Notes: generated by a model from the sequence alone, not told the origin. A DNA stretch of 64,000 nt from Mobula hypostoma (GCF_963921235.1 NC_086108.1:29514001-29578000); one strand, 5' to 3'; shown: positions 25,396 to 38,403, numbered from the stretch's first letter. Translations and numbers: made by a program.

Positions 25396-26511
25396 AAACC
25401 CGAGCACCCAGAAGAAACCTACCATTCACGGGGAGCACATACAAACTCCTTACAGGCAGTGGGAGGAATTGAACTTGGGTCACTGGTACTGTAAAGCATT
25501 GTGCCAGCCACTATGCTACTGTGCTGCCCCGACTTGGAGCTCAGTCTCCAAGCGCACACAAAAGCAAGTATCACGTACCATCTACTTTATTGTCGCCAAA
25601 CAATTGATGCTAGAACGTACAATCATCACAGCAATATCTGATTCTGCGCTTCCCACTCTCTGGAGTAGAAATCGATAGTAAATATTAAAAATTTAAATTA
25701 TAAATCATAAATAGAAAATAGAAAATGGAAAGTAAGGTAGTGCAAAAAAACCAAAAGGCAGGTCCGGATATTTGGAGGGTATGCTGCACTTTGACTACCA
25801 AGGCTTTGGTGATCTTGATTCTCGAATGTAGTCACTGTAGGTTGGTCAGTTTCCCACTTAGTCTGATATTGGGTGCCCTCCTACAACAAAGTTGTTGGAG
25901 TTGAAGTGGAAAATTGTAATCAAAGGGGTTCATGGAGAAACAATGCAGCCTCGTTTGACACAGGTTTTCACTGTGATTGGCTCTGTTGTGGATTTCTGGT
26001 TAGGATCATGGCTTGCATGGTACTGTGGAGCAATAAAATTTTGGGCACAGCCAAATGTGCAGCGGTAGATAGATATTCGATAAATAAGTGAATTTGTGGT
26101 TCCGGGTGTAGGCAAGAATGTGGAGTCGAGATAACACTTCTCGCCACCTCAGTAAAGCAGCCAGCATAATCAAAGACCCCACCAACCCAGACGTTCTCTC
26201 CTCTCCCCTCTCCCATTGGGCTGCAGATATAAAAGTCTGAAAGCACAAATCACCAGACCGAAGGACAGCTTCTATCCCACGGTCATCAGACTTTTGAATG
26301 GACCTCTTGCACGATAAGATGGACACTTGGCTTCACAGTCCGCCTCATGATGAGTTTGCACTGTCTTGTTTATCTGCACTGCACTTTTTTGTTAGCTTTT
26401 ACACTTCATTCTGCATCGCTATTGTGGTTAGCTTCTTCCAGCTCAATGCACCATGTAATGATTTGATCTACATGAACAATACGCAAGAGGAGCTTTTCAG
26501 CTGCTCAGTTC

Positions 26512-27025
26512 TAGTCACCTCACTATAGGAAAGATGTGGAAATCATAGAAAGGGTGCAGAGGAGATTTACAAGGATGTTGACTGAATTGAGGAGCATGAC
26601 TTATGAAAACAGGTTGAGTGAACTCGGCCTTTTCTCCTTGGAGCAACGGAGGATGAGAAGTGACCTGATAGAGGTGTATAAGATAATGAGAGGCATTGAT
26701 TGTGTGGATATCCAGAGGCTTTTTCCCAGGGCTGAAATGGCTGCCACAAGAGGGCACAGGTTTAAGGTGCTGGGGAGTAGGTACGGAGGAGATGTCAGGA
26801 GTAAGTTTTTTACGCAGCGAGTGGTGAGTGCGTGAAATGGGCTGCCGGCAATGGTGGTGGAGGCAGGTACGATAGGGTCTTTTAAGAGCCTTTTGGATAG
26901 GTATATGGAGCTTAGAAAAATAGAGGGCTATGGGTATGCCTAGTAATTTCTAAGGTAGGGACATGTTCGGCACAACTTTGTGGGCCAAAGGGCTGTATTG
27001 TGCTGTAGGTTTTCTGTGTTTCTAT
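26512..27025 (+). mobile_element. CR1 3' end fragment
   Basis: IERVQRRFTRM...LGLFSLEQRRMRSDLIEVYKIMRGID...FFTQRVV; tail TTTCTGTGTTTCTAT. Confidence 0.88.
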
Positions 27026-27149
27026 ATCTTGGTACATGTGACAGTAATAAACAAATACCAATATATTTAGTTCAGCCATGATTTTATTGAATACTAGAGC
27101 AGTTTCAATGGGCTCAGTGGTCTAAGTTTGCTCCTAAATCATATATATT

Positions 27150-27470
27150 CTAGTGTAAAGTTTAGCGCAATTGCTTTACAGTACCTGCAATCCACTGATC
27201 AGGGTTCAATTCTTGCCGTTACCTTCAATAAGTTTGTGCTTTCTCCCTGTAACTGCATAGGTTTCCTCTGGTTGTTCTGGTTTCCTCCCACATTCCAAAA
27301 GGACGCACAGGCTGGGGTTAGGAAGTTGTAGGTATGCAGTTTTGGTGCCAGAAGAGTGACAATACTTTTGGACTGCCCCCAGCACAGTCCTTGCTGATCC
27401 GATTTGATGCAAATGATGCATTTCACTGTATGTTTCGACATACATGTGACAACCAAAGCTAATCTTTAGC
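27150..27470 (+). mobile_element. V-SINE-type SINE
   Basis: B box GGTTCAATTC; V domain GGTTTCCTCTGGTTGTTCTGGTTTCCTCCCACATTCCAAA. Confidence 0.7.
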
Positions 27471-28339
27471 TTCAATATGCAGTCGGCACAGCTGAAGAAA
27501 TTCCTGGCCATTTGGCTGTACCTGAGAGGATAGCACAGATGGCTTTGGAGGAAATGATAATGAAGCATTTGGATTCATTTTGTTTACCCCAGAAAGAAAA
27601 TAACAGTTTTGAATTGTAAATATGTTCTGGTAGTTATTTTCCGTGGAGTATGCTGGGCTGGCAGATTTTGTTCTTTAAACATTGATTTTCTGGGTAAATA
27701 GTCGGTGAAAGACACCCTGTTGGCTCCCTTTACACATTCCAACAGCAGCTGGTAGTGTAGAGCCAGAGCCCTAATGGAAAGTTACTCTGGGGCTTTGAGC
27801 TGTGAGACAAGTAACTCTTATGCAACTGTTAGACATTTAATCAACTGAGAAAGGGGAGCTGTTTAGTTCCTGATGTATAGCCTAGTATGTCTACAGTGGG
27901 TATCCATCAAAGAGTTGCCTGTGTTATAATAATTCTTGCGTTCAAATCTCTCAGTACATATACTGCAGGCCATTTAATGCCTCCGTCAGCCTGCATAAGC
28001 GGAAGCCCACTTCATTTGAACTTCAGCCAAATTAGTTCCATAGTGGTAAAAGCCTCAAAGTGGGGCTGGTGGATTTACAGTAAAGGAAAATCACAACCTC
28101 TCGGACAGCATCAGCGTAAAAAGAAACTGTTAATGCTCCAGGTCAAAGCACCTTCCTCAGAACATGTTAACTCTTTTTCCCTTTCTGCTGATACTATCTA
28201 ACCCACTGAGTTCATCCATCGTTTTCTGTTCTTATCCTACTGCATTTACAACCACATTGTAAATGGATGGCATCCTCCACCATCACTTTAGAGGGCATCT
28301 CTCATTGGGTAGCTACAGTGCTGCCCTATTTCAGAGGTA

Positions 28340-30150
28340 ACCCTTTTGGTTATGGATCTTGATGCTGTGTTTGCTCTATGATGACCGGCACTTCTTGTCC
28401 TCCATCACAAAGGTGCCAGATGACAGTATGCAGGACAGCCTGGGTCAGCCACTGTTCCTGGAGGAGCTGGTTGGCTACATCCTTTCTCTTGGGACAATTA
28501 GAACTCCTGAAGTGAAGGCTAATCAGCAGAGTTGTAATCGGCTCTGTGGGGCCAGATGGGGGGCTGGCGGCCAAACACACTCCATGAGGAATACATCATC
28601 ACTCTCATCAGCAAGCTGAAAGGGGAGAGGGAGGACACCAGGAATTGGAGATCTTTTCATTGTTGAATGTAAATTATAAGATCCTGTCCAAGACCATTGC
28701 CGACCAAGTCAAGGCTGTTCTGGTCCAGGTGATCCAACCAAACTAATCCTCTACTGTTCTAGACAGGAAACTATATGACTGCCTTGTTCTACTTAGGGAT
28801 ACCATTGCCTATGTGCATGAAAGAGGTGTGGATGCCTGCTTGGTTAGCTTGGACCAGGAGAATGCTATTGACAGGATATCACACTCATACATGATGGACA
28901 TGCTCTCCAAAATGACTTTAGAGGAGGGAATCAGAAACTGGATCCAACTGCATTGCACAGATATCCATAGTGCAGTTCAAACTAATGGGTGGGAGACAGA
29001 TAGTCTTAGCATCAAGTCTGGAGTCAGGCAAGGTTGTCCACTCTTGCCACTCTTGTTTATGTGCTGCATAGAACCCTTTGCTGAATCTATCAGGAAGGAT
29101 GAGATCACAAGAGAGGTGACATTGCCAGGCAATAGAGAATACAAGTCAAAGCCTCCCTGTACATGGACGATGTTGCCATTTTCTGCTTGGATCTATGATT
29201 GGTTTGCAGATTGATCAGCTTCTGCAACCAGTTTGAGTTGGCATGAGGGCTAGAGTCAGCTGCAGGAAGAACAAAGAGTTGCTCTTTAGTAACTGGCCTG
29301 ATTGGTCCAACATCCCCTTATCATCTGGATCGACTACCTGATGATGTTGAGAATCTGATTTACAGGGTTGGAGGCATGTAGCAAGAATTGCCTGGAGCAG
29401 ATTGGGAAACTCAAAGAAATATTGGCTTTGTGGAAGTGGCATTCTCTGTCAGTAACTGGGAAGAACTTAGTCATAAATTGTGACACTGAAATTGGAATTG
29501 GTTTGTCAAATGTACTGAGGTAAAATGAAAAGATACAGTGAAATTATTCATTCCTCTGCCTTGGTAATAACCGAAGAAGTCTTTCAACTTACATGGGAGT
29601 CCTAGATGGAATAATTATGATTGGTCATAATGCACAAGTCTCCAGAGAAGAGGGACAAAAGTGTACCCTTTCTTGCCTTCATCCTGGTGACCATTTACAT
29701 CTGTGACTTATCGGTCATTGTGTGGGCCCAAAGTACGTGGGCATCAAGTGTCACTACATGCTAAGTTTCTATCCATCCCTAGCACAACATAGGAGCAGCT
29801 CCTTTATGCACATAACACCTGGACATTGCCTGGAGTTCTTCCAAGTAAACACCTTTGACCACAAGTCCATCAGGCAGTGGTCAAAGTAAAATGTACTGTA
29901 AGCACTGCGGGACAGACACACTGTGGGTTCTGTGGGTCTGTTCGCTGAGCACACTGTCCAAACTATCTGACAGAATGCCCAATCACCAAATCTGACCGAC
30001 CAACAAGCATGAAGACATTGCTTGACTGGCTGCTGGAGGTGCTTTCACAGTTAGAGCTTTCCTCTGCAGAAGTCATATCACCCCTAATGCATGCTGTCCT
30101 CAGTACAGGTGCAGTGGAGAAGCAACGGCCACCCATCTCTTCGCAGAAAT
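28340..30150 (+). mobile_element. Decayed Tx1-clade (L1 group) LINE ORF2
   Basis: SLLNVNYKILSK, LVSLDQENAIDRISHSYM, SGVRQGCPLLPLLF...IEPF and YMDD-like motifs; many stops and frameshifts. Confidence 0.8.
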
Positions 30151-30690
30151 GGTGTGATATAGAGATGAAAAGTAAGCAAGTTTTAAGGAAATTTTACAAG
30201 GTGCTGGTGTGATTATATCTGAAATGCTCCTTTCTTTTTAGTCACCATATTTAATGAGGGAAGTGCTGGCTTTGAAGGCTGTACAGAGAAAATGAATTAT
30301 TACTGGGATGATGAAAAATGGCTGAGCAGCTTTGGACTACACTCAGTGGAGTATAATAGAATGGAACGTGATTTTAATAGATTTGTAGTTGCTGGGATGA
30401 TGTTTCCTCTGAGTATCTGGAACTTGGAGGCATAGCTTCAGAATAAAAAACCACTTATTTCAGTTTGAGATGAGGAACTTATTTTCGCAAAGGGTTGTGA
30501 ATATTTGGGATTCTCTACTCCAGGGAATTATGGAAGTGGAATTTATATATTTTGAAGGCAAAGACTGACAGACGTTTACAGTGAAGAGGTTTGAGGAGTG
30601 TGTGGAAAACTGGTAATGAAGAATCATTGGATCAGCTATGATCATATAGAACATTAGGGCAGGCCCAAAGGGCCAACAGATCCACTTTTA
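30150..30690 (+). mobile_element. Old CR1 3' fragment
   Basis: GAGATGAGGAACTTATTTTCGCAAAGGGTTGTGAATATTTGG (RN-FSQRVVN-W-like). Confidence 0.55.
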
Positions 30691-30949
30691 TGCAGTAGTT
30701 ACAACGAGATTTCGTTCTTAAAATAAACGAAGTTCTGATTTTCTTAAGTGTTATGGAGCACTGAAGCGCTCCCACTCTCAAATGAGGATCTTCACAGGTG
30801 TTTGCACCTCATGGTCTTTCTTGTACATCCAAAGATATGTAGGTCAGTGGGGTAATTGTCTACTGTAAGATGTAGCCAGTGGAGATGGGCGATAGGAGAA
30901 CCAGGGTGGAGTTAATCAGTATATGAGAGAATATAGGTAGGAGAGTAAT

Positions 30950-31360
30950 ACCTATTGCTCCTTCTCTTTTTTCCCCATTCACGATTCTGGCTCTTTCCTT
31001 GAACTCTTCTCTACTCCTCACCTGCCCATCATGTCCCTCTGGTGCCCCTTCTCTCTTTCTTCCACAGTCCACTGTCCTCTCCTATTAAATTCCTTCTTCT
31101 TCAGCCCTTTACCTCTTCCACCTATCCCATCCAGCTTCTTCTTTCATGACCCTCCCACAACCACCCACACACCTCGCCCCTCACCTGCTCTCGCCTATCA
31201 CTGTCAGCATTTAATCCTTCCTTTCCCACACCTTCTTTTTTGGGCTTCTGCCACCTTCATTTCCAGTCCTGATTAAGAGTCTTTGTCTAAAATGTTGACT
31301 GTTTATTCCCCTCAATAGACGTTGCCTAACCTCCTAGGTTCCCCCAGCATTTTATACATC
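30950..31360 (+). mobile_element. Penelope-like pLTR fragment with eroded hammerhead motif
   Basis: Pyrimidine tract, then CCAGTCCTGATTAAGAGTC...AAAATGTTGACTG. Confidence 0.6.
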
Positions 31361-31384
31361 GAACAACAGTAGCTATTTTCCATT

Positions 31385-31870
31385 GTGATTTTGAGGAGAC
31401 TTGGTATGTCACCAAAGACTCTCTCAAATTTCTACAGATGCACCATGGAGAGTATTGTAACTGGCCGCATCACCATCTGGTATGGAGGGGCCGCTGCACA
31501 GCATGGGAAAAAGCTGCAGAGAGTTGCAAACTCAGTCAGCTCCAGCATGGGCACCAGGCTCCCCAGCATTGAGGGTATCTTCATAAGGCTTTGTTTCAAA
31601 AAGGCAACATCCATCATTAAGGAACCCCCTCACCCAGCACATGCCCTTGTCTCATTGCTACTATCAAGAAGGATATACAGGAGCCTAAAGTCAGACACTC
31701 AATGTTTTAGGAACAGTTTTTTTTTCCCTCCTCCAAGAGATTTCTGAATGAACAATGATCCTATGTATATTACCTCATTTTTTCCGCACTGCATAAATAA
31801 TTTAGTTTAAAAAATATATTTCTTTCTATAATTTATAGTTTTTGGATTTTAATTATGTATGTTGCACTGC
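31385..31870 (+). mobile_element. Rex1-like LINE 3' fragment
   Basis: LSNFYRCTMESIVTG.ITIWYG...HPAHAL...FRNSFF. Confidence 0.8.
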
Positions 31871-32539
31871 AGGGGGATAAGACTGATACATTTGCTGCGA
31901 GAGCCAGCATTTACTAATGGTCTGAATATTTAATATTGTAGAAGATTACTGAATGATAAACGTGCAAGTTATTAGTAAAGAATTAATTCAGATGGATGTT
32001 TTCCCATAATTTTTTTTGCTTTGACAGAACAGCACTGAAGTCCTATAGTAGACTTAATTGCAGAGCTTCCCTCTAGTAAATCTCAACTGTTAAATAACTT
32101 GTATTGGAATTGCACCTTCCATGTCATCAGAAAATTGTCCATTAAAGGGCATTGGTGTTCGAAGTTTAAGATGTCATGGTGAGTCTTCGCAAGCTTCTCA
32201 GGATGTAGAGGCGCTGCCATGCTTTCTTCATTATGGCACTGTGCAGGACCCAGGTCAGATCCTCTGAAATGATAACACCGAGGAATTTACAGTTGCTGAC
32301 TCTCTCCTGACGAGGACTGGCTCATGGACCTCTGGAGTTAAGAATCAGATCCTTGGTCTTGCTGACTTTGAGTAAGAGAGGTTGCTGTTGTGGCACAAAT
32401 CAGCCAGGTTTTCAATCGTCCTCCTGCATGCTGATTTGTTGTGTTGGTAGGCAAGTTGGAGTGGATCCAAGTAACTTCTCAGGCAGGGGTTGATATCTTT
32501 CACCACCAACCTCTCAAAGCACATCATCGCAGTGGATGT

Positions 32540-33435
32540 TGTTACATGCTCAAGGAGATGTGTTTTTTTTTGTGAGAATGATGTAATGGTCTTTTGGAGG
32601 TCACCTGATGTGATTTTCCCGCCGATGTGAGGTCACGTGATGACATGTACACCATGACTATATAAGGGTCGACCCAGGTGACGCAGTGGGTTTTTGAGTT
32701 TGTAGGTTTCCAGGTAGAACGTGTTGTACCTCCGTTTCTGTTGCGTGTTTGTTTTTGGTGACACAGTTTCATTTTTAAAATGGTTGTACGTTCTGTTGCA
32801 AGATACCATTATTATTTGGACTGGAAATTTTTGCTAAATGTGTTGATTTACTCAATTCCAATATTAGAAGGGAGAGTGAAGAATTTATCGCAGTTACAGG
32901 ATCGAAGGATCGAGAGGAGTCGGCATTGTTTGGGCAGTTTAATAAAGGATCGACCTTAATGAGTCTTCGTTGGAGTAGTAGCTACCTGCATCGAGATAAC
33001 TCTTGCCAAAAAGAGCAAGGAGTTCATGCAAAAAGGTGCTCTCTCCCTCTAAAGGAATTTAAGGTCAGTTGATTTAAACTGTTTATTTTCGGCATCGTGA
33101 ATCCTGTGGACAGAACCAGCAGTAAAGTTGCATCTGTGAAAAAATCCTTCTCCAGAGAAGCCTCTCCCAATTGAACGTGTAATTCTGTTGGACTTTCGAA
33201 GTTATCCCTTTAAGAACTATATTTGGCTTTATCACTTTAAGAACTGTTTTCTCATTTAACGCTTTAAGAACCAGAGCCGAGTGGCGAGTTGCTGAACGGC
33301 TGCATATCTGTTAACTTCCGCTTAAAGTTTTTGTTTGTTTTTTTTTCCCTTATCGTTTATATGTGTTTAATAAATGTTTGGTTGTTTTTACATAACCTGT
33401 CTCGATTGATATTCATTGTTGCCATTTACGTAACA
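32540..33435 (+). mobile_element. Solo LTR (Gypsy-type, 896 bp)
   Basis: TGTTAC...GTAACA termini; 4-bp TSD ATGT (32536-32539, 33436-33439); TATATAA near 32659; AATAAA near 33369; the host LINE rejoins across it. Confidence 0.88.
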
Positions 33436-33873
33436 ATGTAAGTGTGACTGGACGATAGTCATTAGGCATCTTACTGTATTCTTCTTTGGCACAGGTATAA
33501 TTGAAGTCTGCTTGAAGCAGGTGGGTACCTCAGATTGCTGAAGCAAGATGTTAAAGATATCGGTAAACACTCAGCCATTTGATCAGCAAAGGTGTTTAGT
33601 ACCCGGTTGGGTATCTGGGCTGGGTGCTTTCCCTGGGTTCACACTCCTGAAGCATGCTCTTATATTGGCCTCAGAGACTGAAGTCACAGGGTCATCGGGG
33701 GCTGTGGTTCATGAAGTTTCCGTCATGCTTTGAAGGTTAAAGTGAGCACAGATGGCATTGAGCTCATCTGAGAGAAAAGCATTGGTGTCACTTACATCTC
33801 CGGGTTTCACTTTGTAGGATGTGATAGCATTCAAGTCCTGCCACAGCTGTCAAGCATCCTTCAGTGATTCAAA

Positions 33874-34011
33874 AACATGAGAAAATGTACAGATGCTGGA
33901 AATCCGAGCAAAACTCACAAAATGCTGGAGCAAGTCAGCAGGCCAGGCAGCATCAAAGGAAAAGAGTAAACAGTAGATGTTTCGGGCTGAGACTGTTCAT
34001 CAGGACAGAAA
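33874..34011 (-). mobile_element. 138-bp Penelope-derived mini-insertion with 14-bp TSD
   Basis: TTCAGTGATTCAAA at 33860-33873 and 34012-34025; content is the pLTR 3' end plus a hammerhead motif. Confidence 0.85.
33971..34008 (-). ncRNA. Degenerate minimal hammerhead ribozyme motif
   Basis: Minus strand ctgtc-CTGATGA-acagtctcagccc-GAAA-catc-tactg; core boxes intact, stems eroded. Confidence 0.5.
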
Positions 34012-35462
34012 TTCAGTGATTCAAATTTGTTCCAGAGTTGCCATTTCATACGGCAGGGGGCTTTCCAGAGATCATACCAGGGCCTCTTGTATCTTACCTG
34101 GTTGCCATACGTGAATGCTACCGATCTAGCCCTCAGCAGATTGCAGATCTCATGGTTCATCCAGGGTTTGGAGAAGAGTCTGAATGATTTTGTCAGTCCA
34201 CACTTGTCAATGATTGATTTTATAAAGTCCGTGACAACCGTGGTGTATTTATTCAGATCCACAGATGTGTCCTTGAACATGGACCAATCCACTGACACAA
34301 AGCAATCCTATAGCCACTCCTCTGCCTCTCAGAACCACCTCTTCCTTATTCTTATCTCTGGATAGAAGGACAACCAATTTGATCAGATTTCCCAAAATGC
34401 AGTGTAGGCATTCCTAGTCATAATGTAGCTGTGGTTGAGTATGTTGGGACCCCTTGTGCTGCAGGTTATATGTTGCTGATGATTGGGCAGAAATCTCTTC
34501 AAACAAACCAGACTGAAGTCCCTGACTATGGTTTGAAATGTGTTGGTGTGGGCTGTTTCCTGTTTGGTGATGGCAGTGCTCAGTATCTTGAGTGCCTGAT
34601 TAACATCAGCTTTTGGTGGCTAGTAAACCGTGGTCAAGATCATGCAGAAGATCTCTATTGGTAAGTAGAATGGTCAGAACTTCATTGTTCAATGTTCTGG
34701 GTTGGGTGAACAATAATGCAACAAAACTGCTGCATACAATCACCACAGAGAGGTTATCATGAGAAACAGAACCCACCTTTTGCCTTCTGCTAATTAGCAG
34801 TTCAGTCCATCCTGTATATTGGGAAGCCTTCAGGTCTTACCAATGCATCTGAAGTTTCTGAAATGAGCCATTTCTCCATGAAACACAGAACATAGCAAAT
34901 CTTCATTTCATTCTGATACATCAAACTTGCCCTTAGGTGCTTAATCTTGTTCTCCAGTAACTTACATTTGTTAACAAGGTGCTGGGTAGAGGGACTTTCA
35001 TTCCTCGGTGTACGTCTTGTAAGATGAACTAAAATTTCTGGAATTGAAGTCCAGTTAGTGACCTGGTTGGGAAAGTGGTTGGATGGTGAAAGCGAGAGTG
35101 TTGGGATAATGGATGAGTTCCTGTCAAGTTCCATGGAGACCTGAACTGGAGTCTCATCCAATCACCATATTTGTTAATGATTTAAATTGCACAGTAGGAA
35201 GCAAAATGTCCAAGGTGGTGGACTGTACAAGGTCCAGAGGTATAGGAAGCAGTATACAGTGTATAAAACTATTGTATTATAAGGAGAAATTGATAAGATA
35301 ATTCAGAGGGCAAAATTCTAGCTGATAGATTTCAATGGAGACATTTAGAATCAGAATCAGGTTTAACATCACTGGCATATGTTGTGAAATATCTTGTTTT
35401 GTGACAGCAGTACATTGCAATACATAATTTAAAAAACTATAATTTGAATTAAAATATTTATA

Positions 35463-36735
35463 TATACTGAATTTCAGTAATTGGCACTAATCAGGACTCG
35501 TACATTATTTTTAGATTATGAGAACACTCGGTCCTCTTTTATTGTCATTTAGAAATGCATACATGCATTAAGAAATGATACAATGTTTCTCCGGAGTGAT
35601 ATCACAGAAAACAGGACAAACCAAAGACTAACACTGACAGAACCATATAATTATAACATATAGTTACAGCAGTGCAAAGCAATACCATTATTTGATGAAG
35701 AACAAACCATGGGCACAGTAAAAAAAGTCTCAAAGTTCCCGAGTCGATCAACTCCCGAGTCCCTGATAACAGGCGACAAAAGGGAGAAACTCCCTGCCAT
35801 AAACCTCCAGGCACCGTCAACTTGCCGATGCCTTGGAAGCCGACCACAGCCGACACTGAGTCCATCCGTCCGAAAACTTCGAGCCTCCGACCAGCCTCCG
35901 GAGCGCCATCCTCTGCCAAGCGCCTTGGACCTAGCCCCGGCCGCTGAAACAAGCAAAGCCAAGGATTTGGGGCCTACTGCTCCGGAGATTCCGGTTACCA
36001 CCCAGTAGCAGCGGCAGCGAAGAGGGCATTTCAGAAGTTTTCCAGATGTTCCTCCGTACTCTCTCGTCCGTCTCCATCAAATCAGAATTGTGCACGGTCC
36101 CCTGCTTGACAGATTACAGATATTCATCACCGGAGAGGCCGCACGCGCTGCCGTCGTGCCGTTATCTTCTTCTCCATATTTTTGGTCCAAATAAGTGACT
36201 GGCCAATTAGACAAACTTCCATGAAATAGTTAAAAAGGTATAAAAAAGACAAACTGAGTTACAAATCATATATTTTAATGCAATACAGAACAAATTACAG
36301 TGCTATAAAACTGTGTATTAGTTCCCAATAGTTATCGATTGAGGGATTCATCCAGTGTATGCAATGAACAAAAGCAGTGCAGACATCTAGAGCAGGTATG
36401 GATTGCCTTCAGGCAATGCTATTGATGATTACATCCTCCAAGTCTTCATCTTCATTGTAACATTCACAAGGATTGTTGATACCTTCAAATTCGTCGTGGT
36501 TCCTAACTTGTTGAAGCAGTGATATGATTTCATTTCCACACCCAGCCGTTCCTGGCTTCTCTGGACCTGAATGCTTGAAACTGCAGTGAGCAAAATGGTA
36601 CATAATTGTCTTACTATTTATTTCTTGCCAACGATCATTTACAAAAGTCATTGCTTTAGAACACAAACACACTCAACAGATACTAGTTAAAAACCGTTCG
36701 CTTGAAGTATGTGGTCACGTCTAACAACCACACCA
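35463..36735 (-). mobile_element. Tigger/pogo-type DNA transposon remnant (interrupted)
   Basis: DRWQEINSKTIMYHFAHCSF resembles the W..V...TI.NCF...GF C-terminal motif of pogo/Tigger transposases. Confidence 0.6.
35513..36176 (-). mobile_element. Apparently full-length non-coding retroelement with TSD
   Basis: TATTTTT duplicated (35506-35512, 36177-36183); reverse tail GATTATGAGAACAC; CpG-rich body; no credible ORF. Confidence 0.7.
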
Positions 36736-36759
36736 GATGCTGTAGAGATTCACACAGGT

Positions 36760-37620
36760 GTAGTTTTATTCTCTTTTTCAAAGCATGCATAAAAGGCACT
36801 GAGCTCATCTGGGAGTGAAACATCACAGCCATTCATGATGTAGGGTTTCACCTTGTACAAAGTAATGGCCTGCAAACTCTGCCAGAGCTGGCGTGCATCT
36901 GATTCCGTCTCTAACTTCAATTGGAATTGTTTTTCTCACTCTTAAAGTAGCCTTCTATAGGTCATATCTGGACATCTTGTATAGTTCTGGATCACTGGTC
37001 TTGAATGCACAGATCTAGTCCTCAGCAGACCACAAATCTTCTGGTTCATTCACGACTTTTGTTTTGGGTCTGACTGGTGTGTTCTCAAAGGCACACACTC
37101 ATACACACAGAGATGAATCCTGAATATTGTCCAATCCATTGACTCAAAGCAATCCTCAAAGCATTCCTTCATCTTCGTTGACCATATCATCTGGATCCTC
37201 ACCACTAGTGCTTAGTCTCTGCCTATACACCGGGTGATCAGACTTTATAAAGTGCTGGCATGGGATGGTACATTGAGCATTCTTGATGGTCATATAATGG
37301 TGGTCAAGTATGTTGGTTCCTCTTTTTCCACAGGTGATAGGTTGGTGTTCAGAGACTTCTTAAGGCTGGTCTGGTTGAAATCCCCCACAATGACAGGGAA
37401 GGCATCAGGGTGTGCTGTTTCGTGCCTGCTGATCGCAGTACTCAGCATCTCCAGTGCCTGCCTGACATTGTTTGGAGGTGGAATGTACATAAAATGGATG
37501 ACACTTGACCGCTAGATGTTCCAAATCTGGTGAGCAGGACTGAGACTGAACCACATATCTGTGCACCATGATGAGTTAGTCACAAAGCATAATCTCCCTC
37601 CTCTACTTTTGAAAGTCTTA
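36760..37620 (-). mobile_element. Rex1-like LINE endonuclease-region fragment
   Basis: YIPP...ETAHPDAFPVIVGDFNQ and SRGGRLCF peptides. Confidence 0.75.
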
Positions 37621-37649
37621 ACTGACCTGCCTTTGTAGATCTTTGCAGA

Positions 37650-37985
37650 TGTAACTCTCAGTTTGGCTAGTGGCTTAATCCAGGGGAAGACAGCTCTCGG
37701 CCCGGCCAAACATAAGAAAACTTGCTTAGGTGTATGCTGTGTGACGTGTCCCCTGTAACAAATCAGTACCACGAAATAACAAACCGTACACAATATGTGA
37801 TTAAACAATTGAGCTTTATAATTCTTTATTTAACTATATGGTTAGTAAAGAAACAAATAAGAGGAAAGGGCCCATTCTCATAAAACAGTCTAATGCACAA
37901 CTTTGGAGCTCACGGTTCAGACCACTGGTTTCCTGTCGACGTCCTCCAAGCGTAGCTGACCCTTGGACGCTCGCTCGGTTCAGTT
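37650..37985. mobile_element. Partial LTR
   Basis: Begins TGTAAC; reverse polyA-signal-like TTTATT; the other end is missing. Confidence 0.4.
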
Positions 37986-38403
37986 GTAATTGGGGTTAGG
38001 ATATTCAGGGAATAGATACAATTCTTTTTTGCAGGGACCGAGAGGCCCTGAAGCTGTGTTGCCTGCCTGGTGCCTGGTTCAGGATATCTCGTCCGACCAG
38101 GAAAGGAATTTGAAGTAGGAAGGGAAGGACCCAGTTGCTGCAGTCCTTGTGGATACCAACAAAGCAAATAGAAGAAGGAAAGGCATTCTGCTGAGGGAAT
38201 TTGAGTAGCTAGTGTGAGGTGCTAAATTAAAAAAATAAAACTAATCTCTGGATTGCTACCTGAGCCACATGCAAATTGGCACGGGGTCAATAAGATGAGT
38301 GAGTTAAATACGTGCTCAAAGATTGGTGTGAAATAGGTTTGAATTTGTGGGATATTGGCACCTGACTTGTGCGAGGAGGAAGATGCTCTGATGAGATGGA
38401 TTC

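Larger units (their letters stand above)
32150..34930 (-). mobile_element. Decayed Rex1-like LINE hosting a solo LTR and a Penelope mini-insertion
   Basis: CFERLV...[24 protein letters not shown] and KPWMN peptides in the expected order. Confidence 0.75.
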
